32,000 nucleotides of DNA from Candidatus Omnitrophota bacterium (GTDB taxonomy: Bacteria > Omnitrophota > Gorgyraeia > Zapsychrales > JANLHA01): NCBI GenBank assembly GCA_963662715.1, contig OY759724.1:2760001-2792000 (forward strand). Direction: 5' to 3'. Shown here one piece after another: positions 1 to 8,797 of the stretch. The translations under genes were made by a program, and so were the position numbers. Within the stretch, counting starts at the first letter, position 1; each line of letters begins with the position of its first letter. Below the pieces are notes generated by a model that made no database searches, had not been told where the DNA came from, and saw only the letters and a list, made by a program, of their open reading frames with translations.

Positions 1-73
1 GCTGGGCTGTGGCCGGAGTTATCGCGACCCGGGTTTCAAAACTTTCTGTTTCCCGCGGCATACCGATCCGCAT
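1..73 (-). CDS. AlaDH/PNT-family dehydrogenase (alanine dehydrogenase or transhydrogenase-alpha-like), first 24 codons only; gene continues beyond the window start
   Basis: The reverse complement of 1-73 reads ATG CGG ATC GGT ATG CCG..., giving MRIGMPRETESFETRVAITPATAQ with no stop before the edge. A GGAG (complement of 79-82) lies 5 nt upstream of the ATG (complement of 71-73). The pattern M-x-IG-x-P-x-E...E-x-RVA-x-TP is the characteristic N-terminus of the alanine dehydrogenase / PntA family. It is absent from the ORF track because the window truncates it. Confidence 0.5.
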   Translation of the reverse strand, partial: MRIGMPRETESFETRVAITPATAQ

Positions 74-311
74 TTTCACTCCTTTGGATGTTTTTAGCAG
101 ACGGGAGCGTTATTGGTCCCTAACAATGTTCATAATATTCATATCAGAAGTTCATCTAAAGTCAAGAAGAAACTGGGTCAAAAGTAAATTAAATTTTTAT
201 ATTGCAAAAGAAGGTGCGGGAACCCATACCTCATCTTGGAGGAAAGCCCGTTGTCCAGCCGGAACCGGACTATTCCGGGGCCAAAATTCTCCTCAATATT
301 TCATTTGTGGC

Positions 312-340
312 TTGACAATTATTCTTTACAAAGATATATT
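312..340 (+). promoter_or_regulatory. sigma70-type promoter candidate for the rseC-rnf operon
   Basis: TTGACA (312-317), a 17-nt spacer, then TATATT (335-340). It ends 37 nt upstream of the ATG at 377. Confidence 0.5.
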
Positions 341-376
341 AAAGCCATTAACTAACCGCAGGAAAGTAAAAGTGAA

Positions 377-811
377 ATGGCGGAATCCAGGCAGGTTGTT
401 GAACACGAAGGCATTGTTAAAGATATTACCGGCCGGGATGTTTATGTCGAATTATTAAAGACTTCCGCCTGCGGGAGTTGTGAAGCTAAAGACCGTTGCG
501 GCCTCGCAGAAAGCCAGTATAAGGTGTTGGTTTTTCAAGATGCGGGAACCGGCTATTTTATAGGCCAAAAGGTCATGGTCGTATTAGAAGAATCTCAAGG
601 GATCAGAGCCCTTGTCCTGGCCTATTTGCTTCCGCTTTTAATCGTTGTTTTCTCAATCCTGTTTTATTCCATTTTCGTTAAACAAGAGTATCTGGTAGGT
701 TTATGCGCGTTATTCATGTTAATCCCGTATTATCTCCTGCTGTATCTTTTTCGCCATAAACTTAAACAGTCTTTTCGGATGAAGCTGTATCCGGACAGCA
801 CGCATTTATAA
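377..811 (+). CDS. rseC: RseC/MucC-family (SoxR-reducing system) membrane protein
   Basis: 144-aa ORF. The soluble N-terminus carries the Cys cluster SACGSCEAKDRC and is followed by two hydrophobic helices, which is the RseC/MucC layout. It ends 7 nt before rnfB, a common position in rnf clusters. Confidence 0.7.
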   Translation: MAESRQVVEHEGIVKDITGRDVYVELLKTSACGSCEAKDRCGLAESQYKVLVFQDAGTGYFIGQKVMVVLEESQGIRALVLAYLLPLLIVVFSILFYSIFVKQEYLVGLCALFMLIPYYLLLYLFRHKLKQSFRMKLYPDSTHL

Positions 812-818
812 TTACGGT

Positions 819-1682
819 ATGTTGATTATTTATACAATCTTGACATTAAGTATCCTGGGCGTCTCGGCTGCGGTCATCCTTTTCCTGGTCGCGCAGAAGT
901 TCAAAGTCCACGAAGATCCCCGGATTGACCAGGTCGAAGAAGCTTTGCCTGCCGCCAATTGCGGCGGCTGCGGTTATCCCGGATGCCGTAATTTTGCCGA
1001 AGCCTGCGTCGCGGCCGATGATTTGACCGACCTTTTTTGCCCGGTCGGCGGGCAGGAATGTATGCACGCGGTCGCCAAGTTATTGGGAAAAGAACTTTCC
1101 GTTAACGATCCGATGATCGCCGTGGTCCGTTGCTCCGGGACCTTCGAGCACCGGCCCAAAACGAGTGTTTATGACAGTGCCCCGACCTGTGCCATCGCCG
1201 CCGCCGTTTACGGCGGGGACACCGGATGCTCTTACGGCTGCCTGAGCCTGGGAGATTGCGTCAGGGCCTGTAAGTTTGATGCCATATATATAGATGAAAA
1301 GACCGGGCTGCCGGTTGTTATCGAGGATAAATGCACGTCCTGTGGGGCCTGTGTGAAAGCCTGTCCGAGGAACATTATTGAACTGAGGAAAAGAGGCCCG
1401 AAGAACAGGCGTATTTATGTGTCCTGCGTCAGCCAGGACAAGGGGCCTGCGGCACGGAAGGTGTGCAAGGCCGCCTGCATCGGCTGCGGTCTTTGCGTCA
1501 AAGCCTGCCCCTTTGAAGCCATCACGTTAGAAAACTCCCTTGCCTATATTGATTTTAATAAATGTAAGCTGTGCCGTAAATGCGCTCCGGTGTGCCCGAC
1601 TCATGCTATTATGGAAATCAATCTGCCGGAACGAAAACCCAAAGAGAAACCCGTTGAGAGTCCGCAGAAGACAACGACATAA
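819..1682 (+). CDS. rnfB: Rnf electron transport complex subunit B (polyferredoxin)
   Basis: 287 aa. It has an N-terminal TM helix and a CGGCGYPGC motif. Repeated CxxCxxCxxxCP 4Fe-4S motifs follow (CTSCGACVKACP, CIGCGLCVKACP, CKLCRKCAPVCP). Confidence 0.9.
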   Translation: MLIIYTILTLSILGVSAAVILFLVAQKFKVHEDPRIDQVEEALPAANCGGCGYPGCRNFAEACVAADDLTDLFCPVGGQECMHAVAKLLGKELSVNDPMIAVVRCSGTFEHRPKTSVYDSAPTCAIAAAVYGGDTGCSYGCLSLGDCVRACKFDAIYIDEKTGLPVVIEDKCTSCGACVKACPRNIIELRKRGPKNRRIYVSCVSQDKGPAARKVCKAACIGCGLCVKACPFEAITLENSLAYIDFNKCKLCRKCAPVCPTHAIMEINLPERKPKEKPVESPQKTTT

Positions 1683-1697
1683 AGTTTTTAAAATGAC

Positions 1698-3050
1698 ATG
1701 AGCCAAAAAAATGTTAAAACTTTTCCGCAGGGCGGCGTTCACCCGAAAGATCATAAATTGTCTGCGGACCGGACTGTGCGCAGACTTCCGCTGCCCAAGA
1801 CCGTAAGCATCCCGTTCTCCCAGCATATCGGCGCTCCGGCTGTCCCGCTGGTTAAGGCCGCGGACGAGGTTAAGACGGGCCAGCTGATCGCCCAGTCGGC
1901 AGGGTTTATCTCGGCCAATATTCATTCCTCGGTCTCCGGGAAGGTGAAAAAAATCGACCAGGTCAAAGATTTAACCGGGTACAAACGCCCGGCGTTTATT
2001 ATTGAGGTGCAGGAAGACGCGTGGGCGGAAGGCATTGATCTGAGCCCTGATTTGGTCAAGGACATTTCTTTGTCGCCGGAAGACATTGCCGCTAAAGTCG
2101 CCGCCGCCGGGATTGTCGGTATGGGGGGGGCCACGTTTCCCTCGCATGTCAAGCTGGCGCCGCCCAAAGACAAGAAGGTTGAGTTTCTCATGATCAATGG
2201 CGTGGAATGCGAGCCTTACCTGACCTCGGATCACCGGCTTATGCTCGAGAAAAATGAAGAGATTATGGTGGGCATACAGATCATGTTAAAAGCCCTGGGG
2301 ATTGATCAGGCTTTTATCGGGATCGAGGACAACAAGCCCGATGCCATCAACCTTTTAAAAGAGACCGCGAAAAAGTATCCCGGGATTTCGGTCGAACCGC
2401 TGAAAGTCTGGTACCCTCAGGGAGGGGAAAGGCAGCTTGTCAAGGCTTTGACAGGACGGGAAATCCCGCCGCCGCCGAAAGGGCTGCCGATCGATGTCGG
2501 CTGTGTCGTGTTCAATGTCGGAACGGTTTTTGCGGTTTATGAAGCCGTACAGAAAAACAAACCGCTGATCGAGCGGGTTGTCACCGTAACCGGTCCGGCG
2601 GTTAAAAAACCGTCTAATTTCTGGGTGAGGGTCGGGACATCCATCGCTGAACTTATTGAGGCTGCGGGAGGTTTGCCGGACAATACCGGCAAGATTGTGT
2701 CCGGCGGGCCGATGATGGGCAAGGCCCTTGATTCGGCAGACGTTCCCGTTACGAAAGGGACTTCCGGAATCCTTCTGCTCCCGCAGACAGAGGCTAAACG
2801 GTGGGAAAAACTGCCTTGTATCCGTTGTGCCAAATGCGTGTCCGCCTGCCCGCTAGGATTAGAGCCGTATTTATTGATGGCCCTGGTTGACCGGCAGATG
2901 CTGGACCGGGCAGAACAGGAACGCATCCTGAATTGCTGTGAATGCGCCTGTTGCAGTTTCGCCTGTCCGTCCAACCGGCCTTTGCTGGATTATATCCGTT
3001 ACGGGAAAGCGACAATTTTGAAAAAGTTAAGGGAAAAAGCGAAAAAATGA
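1698..3050 (+). CDS. rnfC: Rnf electron transport complex subunit C
   Basis: 450 aa. It has the GMGGATFP and ECEPYLTSD motifs and two C-terminal 4Fe-4S motifs (CIRCAKCVSACP, CCECACCSFACP). Confidence 0.92.
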   Translation: MSQKNVKTFPQGGVHPKDHKLSADRTVRRLPLPKTVSIPFSQHIGAPAVPLVKAADEVKTGQLIAQSAGFISANIHSSVSGKVKKIDQVKDLTGYKRPAFIIEVQEDAWAEGIDLSPDLVKDISLSPEDIAAKVAAAGIVGMGGATFPSHVKLAPPKDKKVEFLMINGVECEPYLTSDHRLMLEKNEEIMVGIQIMLKALGIDQAFIGIEDNKPDAINLLKETAKKYPGISVEPLKVWYPQGGERQLVKALTGREIPPPPKGLPIDVGCVVFNVGTVFAVYEAVQKNKPLIERVVTVTGPAVKKPSNFWVRVGTSIAELIEAAGGLPDNTGKIVSGGPMMGKALDSADVPVTKGTSGILLLPQTEAKRWEKLPCIRCAKCVSACPLGLEPYLLMALVDRQMLDRAEQERILNCCECACCSFACPSNRPLLDYIRYGKATILKKLREKAKK

Positions 3051-4036
3051 GTTCTCAATTATTAACGGTATCGCTGTCTCCGCATACTTACGGCGGGGAG
3101 ACGGTTAAGAAACTTATGTCAGGGGTTTTGATCGCCTTGCTGCCGGCCTGGATTGTCTCGGTCATTGTGTTCGGCCTGGCGGCGGTCAAGGTGAGCGTTC
3201 TCGCCGTAGCTTCGGCGGTCCTGTTTGAATATCTGATTCAGAAGTATGTCCTGAAAGTCGATCCTTCCGTGACAGACGGCTCGGCGGCCCTGACGGGCCT
3301 GTTGTTGGCGTTCAATGTTCCGGCCACATTGCCCGGCTGGATTGTCGTTTTAGGCAGTTTTGTCGCGATTGCCGTCGGCAAGATGTCGTTCGGCGGGCTG
3401 GGCAACAACCCTTTCAATCCGGCGTTAGTCGGCAGAGTCTTTTTGCTGGTATCCTTCCCGGTCGCCATGACAACCTGGCCGAAACCTTTCAGCGGAGCCA
3501 TGGCTGTGGCGGACGGGATAACAACGGCAACGCCTTTAGCGGTGATCAAAGAAGGTTTGAAGAACGGCCAGACCCCTCAGGAATTGCTGGCCGAGCTTCC
3601 GGGATATTCTGATTTGTTGTTGGGTAAGATGGCCGGATCCCTGGGGGAAATTTCCGCGCTTGCTTTAATTCTCGGCGGCCTGTTTTTAATATATAAAAGA
3701 ATCATTACCTGGCACATCCCCGTTGCCGTGATAGGCAGCACAGCGGTCTTTTCCGGGCTGTTATGGCTGGTTCATCCGGATCAATTTATGGACCCTGTTT
3801 TTCATCTGCTGACCGGCGGTCTGTTGCTCGGCGCGTTTTTTATGGCGACGGACTATGTCACGTCCCCGATGACCCCAAAAGGCATGCTGATTTTTGGCGC
3901 CGGAATAGGGATACTAACGGTTACGATACGTGTTTTCGGCGCTTACCCGGAAGGGATGTCTTTTGCGATTTTAATCATGAATGCCTTTGTGCCGCTGATT
4001 AACCGCACCTGTAAACCGAGACGTTTCGGAGAGTGA
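3047..4036 (+). CDS. rnfD: Rnf electron transport complex subunit D
   Basis: The ORF-track frame is 2942-4036. I place the start at ATG 3047 (MSSQLLTVSL...), which overlaps the rnfC TGA (3048-3050) as an ATGA junction. It is a polytopic membrane protein with the RnfD/NqrB-type motif MATDYVTSP. Confidence 0.88.
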   Translation: MSSQLLTVSLSPHTYGGETVKKLMSGVLIALLPAWIVSVIVFGLAAVKVSVLAVASAVLFEYLIQKYVLKVDPSVTDGSAALTGLLLAFNVPATLPGWIVVLGSFVAIAVGKMSFGGLGNNPFNPALVGRVFLLVSFPVAMTTWPKPFSGAMAVADGITTATPLAVIKEGLKNGQTPQELLAELPGYSDLLLGKMAGSLGEISALALILGGLFLIYKRIITWHIPVAVIGSTAVFSGLLWLVHPDQFMDPVFHLLTGGLLLGAFFMATDYVTSPMTPKGMLIFGAGIGILTVTIRVFGAYPEGMSFAILIMNAFVPLINRTCKPRRFGE

Positions 4037-4037
4037 A

Positions 4038-4616
4038 ATGGCAAAGAAAGAATCGACATTCGGGAATATGGTCTTAACGCTTTTTATCGTGACCTTTGTT
4101 TCGTCGACAGCGTTAGGGTATGTTTACGAAGTGACCAAAGGCCCCAAGGCCAAGGCAGAACTGGAGAAGAAAATTAAGGCGATCAGTGAAGTCGTGCCGG
4201 ATTTCGACAATTCTCCCATTGAGGAGAAAGTCGAACGCTGCGCCGGTGAACAGTGTGTAATGTTTTATCCGGCCAAAAAAGACGGACAGCTTGTCGGAAC
4301 CGCTGTCGAAGTGACGACCAACAAAGGGTTTGCCGGCAATATTACGCTGATGGTCGGGTTCCTGCCCGACGGCGTGATTTTTGATACCGCCGTGGTTGAG
4401 CATAAAGAAACCCCGGGGTTGGGGGATAAAATAGACAAGAAGAAATCCGGTTTTGCGGAGCAGTTTAAAAATAAAGATCCGCAGAATTTTCGTTTAAGTG
4501 TCAAAAAGGACGGGGGAGACGTGGATGCGATCACGGCAGCCACGATCAGTTCCCGGGGGTTCTGTGACGCGGTCAAGAAAGCTTATGATTCTTACCGAAA
4601 GGAGTTTAAAGATTAA
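4038..4616 (+). CDS. rnfG: Rnf electron transport complex subunit G (FMN-binding)
   Basis: 192 aa. It has an N-terminal membrane anchor and the C-terminal flavin-attachment-type motif [11 protein letters not shown] typical of RnfG/NqrC. The ATG lies 1 nt after the rnfD stop. Confidence 0.88.
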   Translation: MAKKESTFGNMVLTLFIVTFVSSTALGYVYEVTKGPKAKAELEKKIKAISEVVPDFDNSPIEEKVERCAGEQCVMFYPAKKDGQLVGTAVEVTTNKGFAGNITLMVGFLPDGVIFDTAVVEHKETPGLGDKIDKKKSGFAEQFKNKDPQNFRLSVKKDGGDVDAITAATISSRGFCDAVKKAYDSYRKEFKD

Positions 4617-5196
4617 TCCATTGCAGAATTTCAGTAAAGGCTTTGTTAAGGAAAATCCCGTTTTTGTTCTGCTGCTGGGATTGTGTCCGACTTTGGGGGT
4701 GACCACTTCGGCCGTTAACGGGCTGGGGATGGGGCTGGCCACGACCTTTGTCCTGGTTATGTCCAACACGGTCGTCTCTCTGATCAAATCCTTAATCCCG
4801 GATAAAGTCCGGATTCCCTGCTTTATTGTTGTCATCGCTTCTTTTGTCACGATTGTCGACCTTGTTATGGCGGCGTTTGCCCCGGCGTTACACGCTCAGT
4901 TGGGATTGTTTATCCCGTTAATTGTCGTGAACTGCATTATCCTCGGCCGGGCTGAAGCTTTTGCTTCAAAGAACACCTTGCTGTCGTCTGCCATTGACGG
5001 ACTGAGCATGGGCCTGGGATTCGCCTTTGCGCTGACTCTCCTGGGCGGAGTCAGGGAACTTTTAGGGGTAGGCGCTTTATTCGGGTACAAATTTATTTCC
5101 GGGGACGGTATTTTGGTCTTTATCCTGGCTCCCGGAGCCTTTATTGCCCTGGGGTACATGATCGCTCTTATTAATTGTCTTAACAAATCGGAATAA
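4585..5196 (+). CDS. rnfE: Rnf electron transport complex subunit E (start uncertain)
   Basis: The frame is that of ORF 4498-5196. The RnfE/NqrD N-terminal signature [19 protein letters not shown] is present. ATG 4585 overlaps rnfG by 32 nt. In-frame alternatives are ATT 4612 (7 nt after GGAG 4601-4604) and TTG 4621. The stop is firm. Confidence 0.8.
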   Translation: MILTERSLKINPLQNFSKGFVKENPVFVLLLGLCPTLGVTTSAVNGLGMGLATTFVLVMSNTVVSLIKSLIPDKVRIPCFIVVIASFVTIVDLVMAAFAPALHAQLGLFIPLIVVNCIILGRAEAFASKNTLLSSAIDGLSMGLGFAFALTLLGGVRELLGVGALFGYKFISGDGILVFILAPGAFIALGYMIALINCLNKSE

Positions 5197-5201
5197 ACTT
5201 T

Positions 5202-5777
5202 ATGGAGTATATTCTCATCATTATTTCCGCCACTTTGGTCAATAATATCGTATTGACCCGCTTTTTAGGCCTTTGCCCGTTTCTGGGTGTGTCCAACCGT
5301 TTTTCCAACGCCCTGGGGATGTGCGGGGCCGTGGCTTTTGTCATGACCCTGGCCACGATCGTGACGTACCTCATAAATACCTACATTCTCGTTCCTCTTC
5401 AGATCGGGTATATGCAGACGGTAACGTATATTCTGGTTATTGCGTCTCTGGTGCAGATGGTGGAAATTATTTTAAAGAAAGTGAGCCCGGCGCTTTACCA
5501 GGCCCTGGGCGTTTTTCTCCCCTTGATTACCACAAACTGTACTATCCTCGGTGTGGCCATTTTAGTTGTTCAGAAAGAATACAATCTTATCCAAAGCGTT
5601 GTCTTCGCCATAGCCAATGCCGCGGGTTTTGCCCTGGCTTTGATCCTTTTTTCGAGTATCAGAGAACAGCTTGACCTCGTGGATGTCCCGGAAGGGATGC
5701 GGGGTGTTCCGATCGCTTTGGTTATCGCGGGATTGCTTTCCCTAGCCTTTATGGGCTTCGCCGGAATCGTCCATTAA
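5202..5777 (+). CDS. rnfA: Rnf electron transport complex subunit A
   Basis: 191-aa hydrophobic six-helix protein that closely resembles RnfA/NqrE (LGLCPFLGVS, PLITTNC). It is the last gene of the B-C-D-G-E-A order. Confidence 0.9.
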   Translation: MEYILIIISATLVNNIVLTRFLGLCPFLGVSNRFSNALGMCGAVAFVMTLATIVTYLINTYILVPLQIGYMQTVTYILVIASLVQMVEIILKKVSPALYQALGVFLPLITTNCTILGVAILVVQKEYNLIQSVVFAIANAAGFALALILFSSIREQLDLVDVPEGMRGVPIALVIAGLLSLAFMGFAGIVH

Positions 5778-5853
5778 TAAGATATTTTAGGTATCAAGAA
5801 AACAGGCCAACCTTGCCGCCGATCCTGTCTTTCGGCCCTTTTTTTGAGCCGCT

Positions 5854-5924
5854 GTTCAGATGCCCTGCGTTCGTTCGCGGTTCCAAGCTCTCTCACGCAC
5901 GGCATCTGAACCGGTACCTTTTTT
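5854..5924 (+). terminator. long-loop inverted repeat followed by a T-run downstream of rnfA (possible terminator or structured RNA)
   Basis: GTTCAGATGCC (5854-5864) is a perfect reverse complement of GGCATCTGAAC (5901-5911). The stem extends through TGCGT/ACGCA after one C/C mismatch. A TTTTTT run at 5919-5924 lies 7 nt after the stem. The spacing is atypical for an intrinsic terminator. Confidence 0.3.
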
Positions 5925-5966
5925 CCGCGGAGCCCCCACGGCCTGATTTAGTGTTTATAAAAATTC

Positions 5967-5995
5967 TTGTCATAAACCAGGGAACATACTAGACT
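5967..5995 (+). promoter_or_regulatory. sigma70-type promoter candidate upstream of the radical SAM gene
   Basis: TTGTCA (5967-5972), a 17-nt spacer, then TAGACT (5990-5995). It ends 40 nt upstream of ATG 6035. Confidence 0.3.
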
Positions 5996-6034
5996 AATAT
6001 TCAAACATTACCCGGAACAATCTTTGGGATTTTT

Positions 6035-7063
6035 ATGGCTCAGGAACAGAACAGTTACGTAGCCCGCTACTGGGAGAAACTCGATAACGGAGACATTGTC
6101 TGTTACCTGTGTCCCCGTGCCTGCCGGCTCAAAGAAGGCCAGCGGGGCTTTTGTTTTGTGCGGCAGAATATCGGCCAGCAGCTGATTTTAACCACCTACG
6201 GGCGAAGCAGCGGTTTTTGTGTGGACCCCATCGAAAAAAAACCTCTCAATCACTTTTATCCTCAAACAACAATTCTGTCCTTCGGCACGGCAGGATGTAA
6301 CCTGGGCTGTCAGTTTTGCCAGAACTGGGACTTAAGCCGGTCCAGGTCTTTTGACCGGATGTCTGAATACGCATCCGCCGATGACGTTGTGATCCGGGCC
6401 AGGTCAGCCGGCTGTAAAAGCGTGGCCTTTACTTATAATGATCCGGTTATTTTCGCGGAATATGCCATAGATATTGCCGAGGCCTGTCATAAACAGGATA
6501 TTAAAACCGTCGCTGTCACGGCCGGGTACATCAGCGACCGGGCCAGGCCGGACTTTTTTCAGGTGATGGATGCCGCCAACGTTGATTTAAAAGCTTTTTC
6601 GGAATCGTTTTACCGGAAATATTGCCAGGGGGCCCTGCAGCCGGTGCTGGATACCCTGCTTTACCTGAAAAAGGAGACCCGGGTCTGGTTTGAAATAACG
6701 ACTCTGCTTATCCCGGGATTAAACGATTCGGACCGGGAACTGGATCAAATGACGGACTGGATATTAGAGCATTTGGGCGCGGATGTCCCGCTGCATTTAA
6801 CGGCTTTTCACCCGGCGTACCGGGTATTAAACATACCCGCGACAAGCTATGAAACCCTTTCCCGGGCAAGACAGCTGGCCCGGGATAAAGGCCTGCATTA
6901 TGTCTATACGGGCAATGTCCTTGACCCGGAAGGGAGCAGCACATATTGTCATGCCTGCGGGAAACTGCTTATTAAAAGGGAATGGTTTCATATCAGCGCC
7001 AATCATATCGTTGACGGGCATAATTGTGCGTATTGCGGGGCAGAATGTGCGGGAATTTTTTAG
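6035..7063 (+). CDS. amrS: AmmeMemoRadiSam-system radical SAM enzyme (PflA-like activase fold)
   Basis: 342 aa. The N-terminal motif CxLCPxxCxLxEGQxGFCxVR (CYLCPRACRLKEGQRGFCFVR) and the radical SAM CxxxCxxC motif (CNLGCQFCQNW) are both present. The C-terminus is Cys-rich (CHACG...CAYCG). This layout is characteristic of the family. Confidence 0.8.
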   Translation: MAQEQNSYVARYWEKLDNGDIVCYLCPRACRLKEGQRGFCFVRQNIGQQLILTTYGRSSGFCVDPIEKKPLNHFYPQTTILSFGTAGCNLGCQFCQNWDLSRSRSFDRMSEYASADDVVIRARSAGCKSVAFTYNDPVIFAEYAIDIAEACHKQDIKTVAVTAGYISDRARPDFFQVMDAANVDLKAFSESFYRKYCQGALQPVLDTLLYLKKETRVWFEITTLLIPGLNDSDRELDQMTDWILEHLGADVPLHLTAFHPAYRVLNIPATSYETLSRARQLARDKGLHYVYTGNVLDPEGSSTYCHACGKLLIKREWFHISANHIVDGHNCAYCGAECAGIF

Positions 7064-7115
7064 CTGCCGGAAGACAGGCTCGGCCGTCCGTCCGGCGGGA
7101 TAAGGAGGTGTTCTG

Positions 7116-7880
7116 ATGAAGCTGATCAGCTGGAATGTCAACGGCATCCGGGCTATCATGAAAAAAGGGTTTAACGAGTGGATGAAAGAGGCGTCCCCGG
7201 ATGTTTTATGCCTGCAGGAAACCAAGGCGCATCCCGAACAGCTCTCACAGGCTGTTTTATCTCCTGCCGGATATCATTCGTTCTGGTCATCGGCGGAAAG
7301 AAAGGGCTACAGCGGGGTTGCCGTTTACACCCGCCAACAACCTCTTGCTGTTGAAGAGGGGCTGGGGATTAAAGAATTTGACCAGGAAGGACGTGTTTTA
7401 ATATTAACTTATCCTGATTTTATCTTATTTAACCTTTATGTCCCTAACGGAGGCAACGGGAACAAAAGGGTCCCTTTTAAAATGGATTTCAACGAAATCC
7501 TGCAGAACAAACTTGAGGATTTACGGAGAAAAGGTAAAAGTCTTGTGATCTGCGGAGACATTAATACCGCCCATACGGAAATCGATCTGGCCCGTCCCAA
7601 GGCCAACGAGAAAAATACCGGGTTTTTGCCGGAAGAACGGGCCTGGATCACTCAGTTCCTGTCCCTGGGCTATGTCGATACATTCCGCCATTTCTGCCCG
7701 GAGCCGGAACATTATACATGGTGGGATTATAAAACCAAAGCCAGGGACAGGAATGTCGGATGGAGGATTGATTATTTTTTTATAACGGTTGATATGACGT
7801 CAAAATTAAAAGACGCTTTTATCCTGAAAGATGTCCTTGGCTCAGACCATTGTCCGATCGGTATTATCCTGGATGTTTGA
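7116..7880 (+). CDS. xthA: exodeoxyribonuclease III
   Basis: 254 aa. It starts MKLISWNVNGIRA and has the QETK and GSDHCP motifs. AAGGAGG lies 6 nt upstream of the ATG. Confidence 0.92.
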   Translation: MKLISWNVNGIRAIMKKGFNEWMKEASPDVLCLQETKAHPEQLSQAVLSPAGYHSFWSSAERKGYSGVAVYTRQQPLAVEEGLGIKEFDQEGRVLILTYPDFILFNLYVPNGGNGNKRVPFKMDFNEILQNKLEDLRRKGKSLVICGDINTAHTEIDLARPKANEKNTGFLPEERAWITQFLSLGYVDTFRHFCPEPEHYTWWDYKTKARDRNVGWRIDYFFITVDMTSKLKDAFILKDVLGSDHCPIGIILDV

Positions 7881-7932
7881 TCCTTTTGTGAGGGATATTT
7901 ATAAAAATTTTTTTAAAAATAAGGAGGATGTC

Positions 7933-8451
7933 ATGAGAATAATAAAAACATCCGGTTTTATGTTCTTTCCTGCCTGTTTGTTGCTGCTGATGTTCGATCA
8001 ACCCGGAATGGCTCAGACTGCCTTTCAACTGACCAGTCCGGCTTTTAAGCATAATCAAATGATCCCGGTTAAATATACCTGTAAAGGCGAAGATATCAGT
8101 CCGCCGCTTCACATTCAGAATATCCCTGCCGGGACCGAAGCCCTGGTCCTCATCGTGGATGACCCTGACGCCCCGATGGGAACCTGGGTGCACTGGGTGG
8201 TTTATGATATCCTGCCGTCAGAATATATCGCGGAGAACTCTGTCCCCGGACGGCAAGTTGTGAACAGTTTCGGCAAGATTGAATACGGCGGACCATGCCC
8301 GCCCAGCGGGACACACCGGTATTTTTTTAAGCTGTACGCGCTTGATACGAGGTTAATGTCTTTAGAAGAAGGGACACTGAAAGATGTCGTAAAAGCCATG
8401 GAAGGTCATGTCTTGGGGAAAGCTGAGTTGATCGGCTTGTTTAAGAAATAA
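7933..8451 (+). CDS. secreted YbhB/YbcL-family PEBP (Raf-kinase-inhibitor-like) protein
   Basis: The frame is that of ORF 7831-8451, but AAGGAGG (7921-7927) sits 5 nt before ATG 7933. The product starts MRIIKTSGFMFFPACLLLLMF... AQT, a signal peptide. The PEBP motifs DDPDAP and GTHRYFFKLYALD are present. Confidence 0.85.
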   Translation: MRIIKTSGFMFFPACLLLLMFDQPGMAQTAFQLTSPAFKHNQMIPVKYTCKGEDISPPLHIQNIPAGTEALVLIVDDPDAPMGTWVHWVVYDILPSEYIAENSVPGRQVVNSFGKIEYGGPCPPSGTHRYFFKLYALDTRLMSLEEGTLKDVVKAMEGHVLGKAELIGLFKK

Positions 8452-8625
8452 TAGTTTGCTTTAACAAAAATCAAGTTTTTATGCCGGGGGGCAAGGCAGA
8501 GGGGGATACGGCCGGGGCAGCCGCCGGGGGCGTGTAAATAATCATTTTTAATGTAGATTGTTATAATAAATATTGGTATATTTATTAAACAGCCCTTTTT
8601 ATTATAATTTCACCGAGGAACACGC

Positions 8626-8724
8626 ATGAAAGACATCACCCCGTTATTAAAGAAAGCCTGCATATTCGGATTTATTGCCATTTTTTTGATCGCTCTTGCC
8701 TGGGTCCTGATCGCTGGGCGATAA
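8626..8724 (+). CDS. possible 32-aa single-helix membrane micro-protein
   Basis: My own translation gives MKDITPLLKKACIFGFIAIFLIALAWVLIAGR plus a stop. GAGGA (8615-8619) lies 6 nt upstream. It is too short for the ORF track and there is no homology evidence. Confidence 0.3.
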   Translation: MKDITPLLKKACIFGFIAIFLIALAWVLIAGR

Positions 8725-8797
8725 AACCCTGAATATGATATTTTCAAAATCAAAGCCCCATCCTGTCAGAATTTGACTCTACGGATTGTTTTAAAAA

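Noticed and set aside
9-458. 149-aa plus-strand ORF at the left edge
   Set aside because: It starts at a GTG. It runs through the AT-rich divergent promoter region, including the TTGACA-17-TATATT promoter, and overlaps the rseC start. It has no recognisable motif. The real left-edge gene is on the minus strand (1-73).
2942-3046. Upstream extension of the rnfD frame; likewise 7831-7932 (PEBP), 17615-17758 (PD40), 17020-17025 (OMP), 16399-16458 (radical SAM, GTG) and 4498-4584 (rnfE)
   Set aside because: The ORF track reports the longest frames, including GTG starts. In each case the extension overlaps the upstream gene or lacks a Shine-Dalgarno sequence. An internal ATG with a good ribosome-binding site and a family-typical N-terminus or signal peptide is available.
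5273-5674. 133-aa alternative-frame ORF inside rnfA; also the antisense ORFs within rnfB/C/D/G/E, amrS, xthA, moeA and the radical SAM gene (e.g. 15574-16014, 16072-16434)
   Set aside because: These are shadow frames of confidently identified genes and have no independent motifs.
8452-8797. Possible Moco riboswitch upstream of moeA
   Set aside because: I cannot recognise the conserved Moco-motif helices by eye, and the region is mostly G-runs followed by AT-rich DNA. I left it as a check (Rfam RF01055) rather than a call.
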